A DNA stretch of 64,000 nucleotides from Okamejei kenojei (taxonomy: Eukaryota), in assembly GCA_035221665.1 (NCBI GenBank), contig CM069162.1, positions 9,548,001 through 9,612,000 of the forward strand, given 5' to 3'. The notes beneath the pieces are model-generated. The model searched no databases. It saw only the letters and a list, made by a program, of their open reading frames with translations, and had not been told where the DNA came from. Of the stretch, positions 1 to 10,870 are shown in pieces. The first letter of the stretch is position 1. Each line of letters begins with the position of its first letter. The translations under genes and the position numbers were made by a program.

Positions 1-620
1 GAACACAGGTGAGGTTTGTTTTGATAAGCAGGTGGTTGGAACAAAGACCAAAGATTAAAACAGAAGGTGTGAGACAAAAAGACTGAAGAGTTCCAAATTG
101 TGAAACCTGATGAAGGGATATGGGTGGAGGGAGAAAGGGGGAAATAGGTGCAGGTCCAGGTGGGGCACAGAGGAGGTGGTGAATGGCGGGGAAGGGGGCA
201 TCTTCCATTGCCAGAGTGAGGCCACACGAGGAACAGCACCTTACAGCCCAACGATATGAACATTTAATTCTCCAATCTTAAGTAACCTCAAACAACCCCT
301 TGTCCCTTTTGCCCCCATCCCTCCATTTTTTTCCTTCCACTATCTTCCCTTCTCATGTGCTCCGTTTGGACTCTCACCTTTTCCTCCTTTCCCCATCCAC
401 TCACATTCCTCCCTCTGGTTTCACAATTTGCAACTCTTCAATCCGTTTGTCTCAGTGTTTCTGTTTTAATCCCTGGCCTTTGTTCCAACCATCTACCTAT
501 AACAAAAAAACCCTCGCCTGTGTTTACCTATCACCTGCCATGCTTTGTCCAGCCTCTTCTCTCTTCCAAGCTTTCATCGCCACTTCCCTGCAATCAGTCC
601 ATGTTGTCCGGAGATGCTGC
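1..620. mobile_element. Penelope-like element (PLE) 3' remnant in inverted arrangement
   Basis: About 200-285 (+) encodes a decayed GIY-YIG C-terminus (HCQSEAT..EEQH..LQPNDMNI). About 380-530 is the reverse complement of about 1-170 (e.g. TGGTTGGAACAAA / TTTGTTCCAACCA). Confidence 0.75.
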
Positions 621-659
621 CAAATCCGATATGGAAAATGGGGCATTTTTTCCAAGGGC

Positions 660-880
660 CCTATTTTGTAGGTGTTTAGTACAAACCCCGGACTCACGTA
701 TGTTTCAGTGAAAGAGTCAATGATAACTTTGTACTTGGCCTCCAAAAGTGCATAAATGCAAACGTTATCTGCATACTGCATCTTGATACGAGGTTGGAGT
801 GACCTTGGTTTTGGCGAGAAGGTGATGAATGTTTAGAAAATGCCATGTTTTCTTCATTACAGTGACTTGAATGTCCTGTA
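660..880 (-). mobile_element. RTE-clade LINE reverse transcriptase fragment
   Basis: Frameshifted peptide LLAKTKVTPTS / QYADNVCIYALLEAKYKVIIDSFTETY..GFVLNTYKI resembles the RTE RT LQYADD motif and the GLxLNxxKT segment. Confidence 0.7.
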
Positions 881-1282
881 CCTTCTTTCACCAGAGAACC
901 ACTAGATAGTGTGGGGTTGCTTTGTCATAATTAGAAGAAATTTAGTATTTTAAATCAAATGTAAACTGGCTTGTGCAATTTGGTGATAGTGCACGATGAT
1001 TCCTGGTTCAATATTTTTCATTGCTTATTCATTCGGACAGCTTTGCTCTTCATCTTTCTTTTCATGCTTGCATTTTGATTTTGTGATTTAGATAAGGTTT
1101 GAGGCAAAAATCAAAGCGTAACAATCCTAGACTACATTTGATCCAAATACTTTACAGCATTGCAGTAAAGCCAACGTCTTTCAAAATCTGTAAGACCAGA
1201 CGAAGACTAGAATCAATTCTTCAGCAGACGTCAGCACATGTTCGAATGATGCTTCGGTTGGAGTAATATGAACGAGGGTTGT

Positions 1283-1422
1283 CTTCTTCTTCTTGCGTAT
1301 GGCGTGCACAGCCTAAAGTTGTACGGCAACTTGTTCTATTTGATCTTTTTGTTTGTGCACGTCGGGTTGATTGCATTAGTCGAAACAGGGTGGACCATGT
1401 GAAGGTTGCAATTTCCCACCCC
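1283..1422 (-). mobile_element. 140-bp non-autonomous retroposon with ribozyme head and (GAA)n tail
   Basis: Perfect 12-bp TSD AACGAGGGTTGT at 1271-1282 and 1423-1434. Minus-strand 3' end is ...CGCCATACGCAAGAAGAAGAAG. No tRNA A/B boxes seen. Confidence 0.9.
1370..1422 (-). ncRNA. Minimal HDV-like self-cleaving ribozyme (53 nt)
   Basis: GGGGUGG-GAA-AUUGCA-ACC-UUCACAU-GGU-CCACCCU-GU-UUCGA-C-UAA-UGCAAU. P1 is 7 bp with a G1.U wobble, P2 is 6 bp, P3 is ACC/GGU, L3 is 7 nt, and the catalytic C lies in CUAA. Confidence 0.85.
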
Positions 1423-1894
1423 AACGAGGGTTGTGCTGACTCACCTGTAACTATGCCTTTGGAATTGATTGTTTTGATGCATGGGAAATCCTAAACATAC
1501 ACTAGGATGATACCAACATTCTTTCAAAGGGAGGATTATTGAAAATTGGGCGTATATCTTGTTTGGGCTGTTCTATGACCCCTCAATTACTTAACTAGAC
1601 TAACTGCCCAAGGTAACAATTCCTGTTATCAGGATTCTGATTCAATGTGATAACCACCACAAGGGAGGTGGAAGATGTATGAATGTAAAATCCTGAATTG
1701 AAAACATAGTGAGGATGAAAAAGAAGTTAAAGGAAAAGTTTTCAAATAATTTCCCAACAATTAAAAACAAATCTATAGGAATGAGCCTCTTGCTAATACT
1801 GTGTCTGAGCAAATTAATTGGTTATAATTTGGTTATAGTAATTTATTTATATTTAAAATTCCCTTTTTCTTGAATGACAGAACTAGCTTTTGTC

Positions 1895-1975
1895 TTTAAA
1901 AATAAAACACAATGTGCTGAAGGAACTCAGCGGATCAGGCAGCATCTGTGGAGGGAATGGACAGATGACGTATTT
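1895..1975 (-). mobile_element. PLE 3'-end fragment
   Basis: ACACAATGTGCTGAAGGAACTCAGCGGATCAGGCAGCATCTGTGGAGGG matches the family seen at 41665-41890. Confidence 0.7.
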
Positions 1976-2157
1976 AACTATTCACCCCTGGGATCATTCT
2001 CGTATACTCCCTCTGGACCCTCTCCAACACCAGCACATCTCTCTTCAGATATCGTCCAAAACTACTCACAATACTCCAATATTCCACATTTTCACAATAC
2101 TCCAAATGCAGTCTGACAAGTGCCTTGGAAAGCCTAGGCCTTATAAAGACTCATCTC

Positions 2158-2287
2158 CAGTCTGAAGAAGGGTCTTGACTCTAAACGTCACTTTTTTTTT
2201 CCAGTGATGCTATCTGACCCGCTGGTTACTCCAGCATTTTGTGCCCAACTTCGTTGTAAACCTGCATTTGCAGTTCCTTCCGACACA
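2158..2287 (+). mobile_element. PLE 3'-end fragment with degenerate hammerhead motif, inserted in CR1
   Basis: CTGAAGAAGGGTCTTGACTCTAAACGTC (GAAA mutated to TAAA), ending GCAGTTCCTTCCGACACA. Confidence 0.75.
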
Positions 2288-3080
2288 CTCAGCATTATAA
2301 CCCTGTTTTTATATTCTAGTCCTCTCGTAATAAATGCTAACATTGCATTTGCCTTCCTTGCAACCGATTCAACTTGCAAATTAACCTTTTGGGAATCCTG
2401 CACCAGCACTTGCAAGTCCCTTTGCACCTCCGATTTCTGAATCCAGTCGCCATTTAGAAAATAGTCTATGCCTTTTATTCCTACTGCCAAGATGCAGGAC
2501 TCCACACTTTGATAAGCTTCTCCTTAGTAATAGCTACTCCTCTCTGACTCTTGCATTTTTGGCATGTTGCTGGTGCCTTCTGCTGTGAAGACTAACACAA
2601 AAAACGTATTCATTTCATCTGCCATTTCATTATCATTCTTTTGTGCAATTTTCCAGTGGTCCAATGCCCACTCTTGCCTCTCTCTTACTCTTTATATATC
2701 TGAAGAAACTTTTGCAATCCTCTTTTATATTATTAGCTAGCTTACCTTCATTTTTCAAAATTTGCCACTAATCTTTGTAATAGTATATGCCTTCTCTTTT
2801 AGTTGTATGCTGTCTTTGACTTCCATTGTCAGCCACGATCGCCTCATTCTCTCCTTATAATCTTTTTTCATCTTTGGGTTTCAATAAGATTGCCCCTCAT
2901 TCTGCTAAATTCTTGCGAGTAGAGTCCCTTGTTTAACATTTCCTTGATGCACAATCTCTCCATACCTTGGATCCTCAGATTGAACTTCTCTGAAATGCCT
3001 CCAGTGAAATTAATAAGGGAACCCAAATTGTTTGCACTCCTCTAGATATGGTCCACTATCACCTTGTGCAGTTATAGTAA
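2288..3080 (-). mobile_element. CR1 LINE ORF2 fragments
   Basis: Peptide EVQRDLQVLVQDSQKVNLQVESVARKANAMLAFITRGLEYKNR is typical of the CR1 post-RT region. More decayed CR1 sequence follows. Confidence 0.8.
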
Positions 3081-4686
3081 GCTTTTACACTCCATAATTG
3101 TTTTAGATTTAGAGCGAGCATTCTATTTGTAATATTATGGTATCTTTCTGTGTTTGTGGACAAGGATCTCTTCTGTGCAGAAGCTTTCTGCATTTCTTTT
3201 CCATTTCAATAATACTTTATTCTTTTGTTCTTCCTACCAAAGTCAATGACGTCACATTTTCTCTCTCTTCAGCCACGTTTATACGTCTCCACTTCCAAAC
3301 AGATTCACTGAATGTTTCCATTTCTTATACCTGCGATTCTCACACCATGCCTGAGTGAGACAGATAAATTGCATGCAGTTTAGTGCTGAGGATTTGTGGC
3401 CAACAGGAATTTAGATAATTTGGTTAAGATGCTCAAACTCATTTTGCGCCGAACTTGTACAGCTGGCAGAATGAGAGGAGTCTTTCATCTCATCAGTCTG
3501 GCCTGTATCTGAACCCTGGTCTCGGATGAAAGGGCAGCATGTTAATCCACTGTGCTAAACAGTCCAACCCTTTAACGTTTCTAAGCAAAAGATTCACCCT
3601 GAATGTATTAAGAAAAACTCTCATGTTTTGTTTATTTTTTAGAAAAATAATCCTTGCCTGTGTCTTGCTTTAACAAAACCTTTTTCATATCAGTATTCAT
3701 ATTAATTTCCAATCTGCTGCACTCTTTCTAATGCTTATGATACTACTGTCCATTCTGCTGTTTGTAGCACATTTAGTAAATCAATTTTAGCTGTCTACTG
3801 AGCTCTTTCCTTCCCCCGTTGCCCACTCCCTCCCTGCTCTCTTCTAGCACTCACTACTCCACCCCCTGCCTGCCCACTGTTTCCCCTGCTTTCTTCCTGA
3901 TCCCATGCTGCAAATACTCCATGCAGCCGTTTGACTGAGTGAACTAAATGATTAGCAGTAGGGAGGAGTAAAGGCAAGGCTTATTTGTATTTGAAAGATC
4001 TGTTAATACATGATATTATGGCATCTTAAATTATAGCTCATTTATGGTATGTAGACCAGCGTGTTTTAAGAGGAATAATAACGAGTCGTCCAAGATTTAA
4101 GATATGTTTCGTAGAAATTTCATGATGGAGCAAGAACAGGATGGTGAAGGACGATAACATTTAACTTTGTCGGGAATGTACAGTGTCATTGCCAGGTTGT
4201 AAACATCCAGCTTAACTCAACTGGTATTAAACCACAAGAGGTTTGAGGTTTACAACTGTACTGAAGTTGTGTTCCATTATGTGTTAAAGCAAATTAGCAT
4301 GTAAGTGTCCAGACAGGCCTGATTTATGTTTGTCCTATACATTTGCAAATGTATGGAAACTGCTTCAGTAAAATTGAGGTGGTGGTGTTTATCTGATGTG
4401 TAGTTTTACCGTTGGATATGCTAAAAAACACACAAATGTTTCAGCTTTATGAAGTGACTAATTATGATTACAATTTGTATTTTTCATTTAGCTTCTGTGC
4501 TGCATATAGTGACACTGATTAAGGCATTCATTTCTGACCTACACCCACTTAATGTGATAATTACACTGATAAATGTACTTAAATGTTGGTTTATGTCGTC
4601 ATTTGTCCCCTCTTGTCAGCTCTTCTCCATTGTCTTGGATCTGTCCATTGGCAAGCACAGTTACTTCCTCAGTGATTAGGACTGGC

Positions 4687-4723
4687 AGTCAGCAGCACTC
4701 CAGCCCATGCACTGCTGACTCAT
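4687..4723. promoter_or_regulatory. CNC-sMaf (NRF2/NF-E2/BACH) consensus site with a second inverted Maf half-site
   Basis: TGCTGACTCAT at 4713-4723 is a perfect RTGASTCAGCA on the minus strand. AGTCAGCAG (4687-4695) is the inverted repeat of CTGCTGACT (4712-4720). Motif only. Confidence 0.3.
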
Positions 4724-6339
4724 GAGAATGGCTTCAAAATTGTCAGCCATCTTCTAGTATCCTGCCCAAATGAAAGCAGTTGTCTATAATCTTGTTGAAA
4801 TAGTTTTGGGGTTTCAAGTTTACCACTTGGGTCTTAGTTTTTAGGTTTACCACTTTCAACCGAAAATGAGAGTCAAGAGTTTTATTGTCCTATGTCAGCA
4901 CCACAACAGAATATGTAAATGATTGAAATACTTTACCGAAGGCCTGATTTTTAAAGAGTTTTATTTTGTTCACAGTAGTAGTGATGAAAGATGATAGATT
5001 CTTTTCATGATTTGTGACATATTTCTAAATATTTATTTTCAAGATCTGTCATCCTGATTGTATGTACACGTTGATGCAGGAAAAAGTAGTTGGCCTCTCT
5101 TTAACCTTCTGCAGTCTTAATCCTGGTAATCTGCACGTTTGATTCCTTGCCAGTGCACGTACGCAAAGCGGTGGCATCATGACATCAACATCACTGAGCG
5201 TATGATATTTGAAAGTTTAGGAATTAAAAAAGAAAATTATGACATGAAAGTAAAACTGCACTCATTGAGCCTTCCTCTGCCGTTCTCCCAACCTCTTTGA
5301 CAAGCGCTGAAGACTAAGGGCTATTAGGAATCCCTAGCTATTTTTAAAAGAAGCAATATCTTAGCTTTGTGATCAAATTTACCATCAGTATTCCTTTCTC
5401 TTTGTTGACCCTATGGAACTTGCATATTAGAAACTGGCACTATTACTGAATTTAAAATATTCTGAAAAATAATTTGATACGGCTGCCATCAAATGTGAAT
5501 AGTTGAAACAGTGTTTTAATATCTTGGGAACTGTGCATAGAAATACTTGTAAGTTTTCCTTCAATTGAGTGGGTAAAACCAATTGTAGAATGTTGTGAAG
5601 TATGACTTGAACACTTACTGAAATTTCAAAAAGTCTTTTGTGATTCCTGTTTTTGTTCGTACTTAAAAGGAGTACTTGCCTACAAAGACTTATGCAACTG
5701 TTCATTATTGCACCAGTTACTTAGCTTTTCCTTTTGTAATTGTTTGTCACACAGGAAGATAATGATATTTTAAAGGCAGGAGTGCAGCTGTGCTGAGCAA
5801 TGGCTCCATATTGTATGGAGCCATATTGTATGGAGCAATGGCTCCATGTTTTCCTTGGTTTCCTTGCAGTGGTTGCACTGAGAAGTATTTTGTATTCCAC
5901 TGTTAAAAAGGTAGAGCATTTGTTACATTATAATCCACCAGTCTGTCAGAAAATGAAAATCGAGGTGGCAGAATTCCACTGGTGTAATTGTATTTGGCAA
6001 TGATATCTGAATATTAATACACCCAGCAGGAAAGCTCAAAGTTGATGTTTAGATGAAAAATATTAAATTGTAGAAGTAATGTGAATGCTAAGTATTGTGA
6101 CTGGTTGCATCTTGGTCTATTATGGCAATTCCAACAACACAGGAGCACAAGAGGCTACAGATAATGGTGGACTAATCTGTGCCCAGTATGACCAACAAAT
6201 CCCCCCCCCCCCCCCACCCCCCCCACCATCACTAACATCTGTTTATAGATGCTCAAGCAGGCAGCATCTATCATCAATGATCCTCTCCAACTGGGCCATG
6301 CCCTCTTCTTGCTGCAAACATCAGGCGGGAGGTGCAGGA

Positions 6340-7390
6340 GGAAGAGTGATAGTTTGATTGAATGATGCCAGAACAACATATTTGCTCACAACATTATCAA
6401 GACCAAGGAACTAATAATTGACTTCAGGAAGCGAAATCTGCGAGTTCCATGAACCTGTCTTCTTCAACATGATAGCATTGGAGAGACAACAGCTTAAAGT
6501 TCCTGGTCGTTCATATCACTAGCAATTTGTCCTAAGCCCAGCACATTGCAATTATGAGCTTGCAGGTACAGTAGGTAGTGAAGAAAGCTAATGGCATGTT
6601 GGCCTTCATAATGAGAGGAGTTTAGTATAGGAGCAAAGAGGTCCTCCTGCAGTTATACAGAGCTCTGGTGAGACCACACCTGGAGTATTGTGTGCAGTTT
6701 TGGTCTCCTAATTTGAGGAAGGATATTCTTGCTATTGTGGGAGTGTAGCGTAGGTTCACTGGGTTAATTCCCATAATGTCGGGACTATCATATGATGAAA
6801 GAATGGAACGACTGGGCTTGTATTCACTTTAATTTAGAAGGATGACAAGGTATCTTACAGAAACATATAAAATTAAGGAAAATTATTAAGGATGCAGGAC
6901 ACGTGTTCCTGATGTAGGGGGAGTCCGGAACCAGGGGCCACAGTTTAAGAATAAGGGGTAGGCCATTTAGAACTGCGATGAGGGAAAGGTATTTCACACA
7001 GAGAGTTGTTGATTTGTGGAATTCACTGCCTCAGAAGGCAGTGGAGGCCGATTCACTGGATGCATTCAAGAGAGAGTTTGATGGAGCTCTTAGGGCTAGC
7101 GGAATCAAAGGGTATGGATAGAACGGGGTACTGATTGTGGATGATCAGTCAAAATCACGTTGAATGGCCGAAGGGCTGAATGGCCTACTCCTGCATCTAT
7201 TGTCTATGTATCTATGGATCTATGTATAAAGAAAGCTCATCAATGCTTCTACTTCCTTCGAAGTATGAAAAGGTTTGCCGAATACTCTATCAATCTTCTA
7301 CAGGTGTAGAGAACATACTGACTGGTTGCATCACGGCCTGGGTCAGTAACTTGTGATGCCAATTTCAAGAAGCTATGGACTTGGAGAAGT
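6340..7390 (+). mobile_element. Rex/L2-type LINE RT 3' fragment interrupted by CR1
   Basis: Decayed KTKELIIDFRK..KFLVVHITSNLS and KKAHQCFYFLRS segments flank the CR1 insert at 6558-7224. Confidence 0.65.
6558..7224 (+). mobile_element. 5'-truncated CR1 LINE 3' end
   Basis: [40 protein letters not shown], ending GGCCTACTCCTGC plus a (TCTATG)-like tail. Confidence 0.9.
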
Positions 7391-7562
7391 TCATGAGAAC
7401 AATTATTGTTAAAATAGTTCAAAATATTTTCCAACAAAGTTTCAACACACTAGTGAAGGGGCACAGTGTTGATGGAAATATCATCTTTCAAATTAGGCAG
7501 TAAACCAGATATGAAGCAGTGATGTTCTCCTGGTATCAGTGTTTTTGCGATTGTATGTACTG

Positions 7563-7833
7563 GCAAACACCTGTGACAGAAGCCATGTGTCCCAAACATT
7601 ATGGTGCCCTGAAATTTGGGGGGGGGGGGGGGGGGGGGGGGGAAACTATGTATAGACATAGCTGTGATTTCTACATGGTGAAACAAAAATGTATAAAAAT
7701 ACCCTTTAATGAAATCTGACAATGTGCACTTAACCACATGTGATTTTTTTTCTATTGCAAATCTCAAATTGTGGAGTACAGAGGCAAATAGATAAATGAT
7801 GGGTCATTGTCCCAAACATTATGGAGGGTACTG
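7563..7833 (-). mobile_element. Solo left end (IR/DR TIR) of the Tc1 family found at 38094
   Basis: Reverse complement of about 38094-38335, ending GGAGGGTACTG followed by TA. Contains an expanded poly-G run. Confidence 0.85.
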
Positions 7834-8124
7834 TATATGCATACTGATACCTTTTTGTCTACAAGACGCTGTCTTGTTATCATGGACAACATTGTCCCTT
7901 GGCCATACACTCAGGAGAAAGTTTGCCTTTTCAATGCATAAAGTAACTGCCTCATAAAAATTGCCTCCTGCAGGTTTGTCTGTATTATAATTGAAAATGT
8001 AATTCTTGTAAAGAATTTTGCGGCATTGAAAATATGAAAGGTGCTATTCAGTTAAATTATCAAGATTTCTATGCTTTGATCAACTATGGTTTGAAAATAC
8101 AGTGTGTTACAACACATGCTGGGT

Positions 8125-8272
8125 ATATGGTACCAATTGCCGGAGGAGGTAGTTGAGGCAGGTACTATAGCAACTTTTAAAAGACATTTGGAACAAACTG
8201 CCAGAGGTGGTGGAGGCAGATATGACAGTGGTATTTAAGAAGCTTTTGGATAGGTAATGGAGTATGGATCAC
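8125..8272 (+). mobile_element. CR1 3'-end fragments (host of the Rex insertion; continues at 9987-10097)
   Basis: CTGCCAGAGGTGGTGGAGGCAG..TTTAAGAAGCTTTTGGATAGG. Resumes after the TSD as GTGCAGG..TGTGCTGAATTGTTCTGTGTTCTA. Confidence 0.75.
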
Positions 8273-9986
8273 ACACTAGGATCTGAGGAGGAAATACAGG
8301 GGATGCTGGTCTGGAGTAAAACGGCTTGCAGAGAAAAGGAGGAACAAGCCATACTTGGCTTCCAGCACAATGGGGAATGTGAGATTGCTGGCTAACAAGA
8401 TGGACAAGCTAGTTGCACTAGTGAGGAACCAGAGGGAGTTCTTTGAGAGCAGTGTGATGTGTTTCACTAAGACATGGCACCAAGTGTGGTAGGCTTTCAG
8501 ACTGTTCGGGCGGTCAGGGACTGCACAGAAAGTAGCAAAAGAAAATGTGGAGGACTTGCTATTCTCGTTAACAACAAATGGTGCAACCCTGGTCACATCA
8601 CGGTTAAGAAGCATGTGTGTAGCTCTGGCATTGAACTGATGGCTGTGAGTCTCCGTCCATACTATATGCCCAGGGAATTCTGACATGCCATTGTGATGGC
8701 TGTTTACATTCCTCCATCTGCCAACCCGCTGCTCGCGAGTGAAGTCATCCACACAGTCACCACGAGACTCCAGACCCAGCACATGAGTGCTTTCATCGCT
8801 ATCTCTGGGGATTTCAACCATGTGACTTTGGATGCTACCCTACCCACTTTCACTCAGTTTGTTGACTGTCCCACCAGGGATATGAAAACATTGAACCTGC
8901 TGCATGCCAATGTTAAAGAGGCGCACAGCTCCCTCGACCTTCTGCTTGGAAAGTCCGACCACAACCTGGTTCATCTCCTACCCAGGTTTGGCCAATGATC
9001 CAGAGGCTACCTGTGACCACAAGGTCAGTGAGGAGGTGGTGGTGAGCCCCACAGTGGATGGTCCTCTCTTCCTTCCGGTTCACCATCTACACCTCAAACT
9101 TCATATATACTTCGTACTACTGCCACCTGCTGAAGTTCTTGGATATCTCTGTAATTGTGGGCTGCATCAGTGATGTGAGAAAAGCTGAATACAGAGGTGT
9201 AGTCAACGACTTTGTTGTGGTTTGGGCTGAATCACCTGCAGCTCAACACTGACAAGACTGAGGAATTAATGGTGTACTTTAAGAGGAGAGAAACACCCCT
9301 GTCCCCTGTCTACATCAATAGTGTGGATGTACAGTTTACCAAGGAGTACAAATACTTCAGAGTTTACCTGGACAGTAAACTGGACTGGTCCAGGAACGCT
9401 GGGGCCCTGTACAAGAAGGAACAGAGCCGGCTGTACTTTTTGAGAAAGCTCCGCTCCTTCAATGTCTGCAGTAAGACGTTGCAGATGTTCTATCAATCGG
9501 TGGTAGCCAGTGCCATCTTCTTCGCTGTCATGTGCTGGGGCAGCAGGGTGAAGGCGGCAGATGCCAACAGGATTAAAAAGCTCATCATGAAGGCTTGCAC
9601 CGTCCTGGAGTTGGGGGTGGAGTTGGATTCATGAGGTGGTCTGGAGGGGAGGATGTTCCTCAAACTGCGGAGCATCTTGAACATGCAGCTCACCCCCCTC
9701 CATGACACACTGGTCAACCTGAGGAGTACCTTCAGCAACAGACTGGTTCCACGGAGATGCAGTACAGAATGCCAGAGGAGATCCGTTTTCCCCTGTGGCT
9801 ATCAAACTGTACAACTCCTGCCCCTTTGGTCGTGGGGTAGACTGATTTCAACCTCCCCATCCCAATCTTTGCACATCCCCAATCGCTTCCACTTGTCACT
9901 TTAATTTAATGTTGCATGTATCTTGTGCTTTATGACTGTTGGCATATCAATTTCCCTCCTGGGATGAATAAAGTTCTATCGTATCG
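8273..9986 (+). mobile_element. Rex1/Babar-clade LINE, internally deleted (APE joined to RT C-half)
   Basis: APE motifs GNVRLLANKMD, GGLAILVNNKWC, AVYIPPSA, SGDFNH and LGKSDHNLV. RT motifs FTIYTSNF..HLLKFLD, LQLNTDKTEELMV and SRLYFLRKLRSF. AATAAA plus (TATCG) tail. 17-bp TSD AATGGAGTATGGATCAC at 8256-8272 and 9987-10003. Confidence 0.9.
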
Positions 9987-10677
9987 AATGGAGTATGGAT
10001 CACGTGCAGGTGAGGAGATTAGTTTAACTTGGCATTAGATTTGGCCCAGTCATTGTGGGCTGAGGCGCTTATTCCTGTGCTGAATTGTTCTGTGTTCTAA
10101 CTGACGGAAAAGTGCATGGAAGCCAAATTAATACTAATAATTGCACTGTTAAGTAAGTTTAATGTAGGTAGTATGAATGTGTCAGGTAATAACCATACTC
10201 TTGACAGGCTGCTAATTTGACAAACAACCTTCCAATTCCTCTGAATCTTTACAACAAGCCAACTTTGTGTCCAATTGGCCATAAAATCCTGGATCCCTTG
10301 TGACATTACCTTCCCAATTAAGTAATACAGGATATTGTCAAAAGCCTGACTAAAGTCCGTCTATTGCCTGGCCCTCGTCAATCTTTTTGTTCACCTCCTC
10401 AGAAAACTCAATAACATTTACGAGACACACAAATAGTTGACGAATGTGAATCAACACCATCTCCTTAAGGAGACTTAATTATAGGCAGTAAACTCTGGCC
10501 TGACCAGAGGTGTCCATATCTGAGAAAACAGACATCAATGAGTTTTAATGAGTCATTGGAAAGTTGAAAGTTGTGCACAGGAGGGAAGAATTCTTGTGAG
10601 TTCATTTATTTTATTTTCATCCTTTTTTCATTTTGCTCTCTTGTATTCTGAAGTTATTTAAGCTTTTATCTTGTCGT

Positions 10678-10870
10678 AGGCACAAAATACTGGAGTAACT
10701 CAGCGGGTCAGGCAATATATCTGCAGTAGACAGATAGGTGAGGTTCCCTCGGGTTGGGACCCTTCAGACTAATTGAGGGGGTAGAGGTTCCTTTTTTTTC
10801 CATTTGAGATGCTGAGTTATTCCAGCATTTTGTATCTTTCTTTGGCATAAACCAGCATCAGCATTTCCTT
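10678..10870. mobile_element. PLE-derived palindromic insert
   Basis: CACAAAATACTGGAGTAACTCAGC and GCTGAGTTATTCCAGCATTTTGT form inverted arms. Confidence 0.75.

Noticed and set aside
5154-5199. Possible + strand exon (TTGCCAG..GAGC/GTATGA)
   Set aside because: Weak splice signals and no identifiable peptide. Not excluded, but unsupported.
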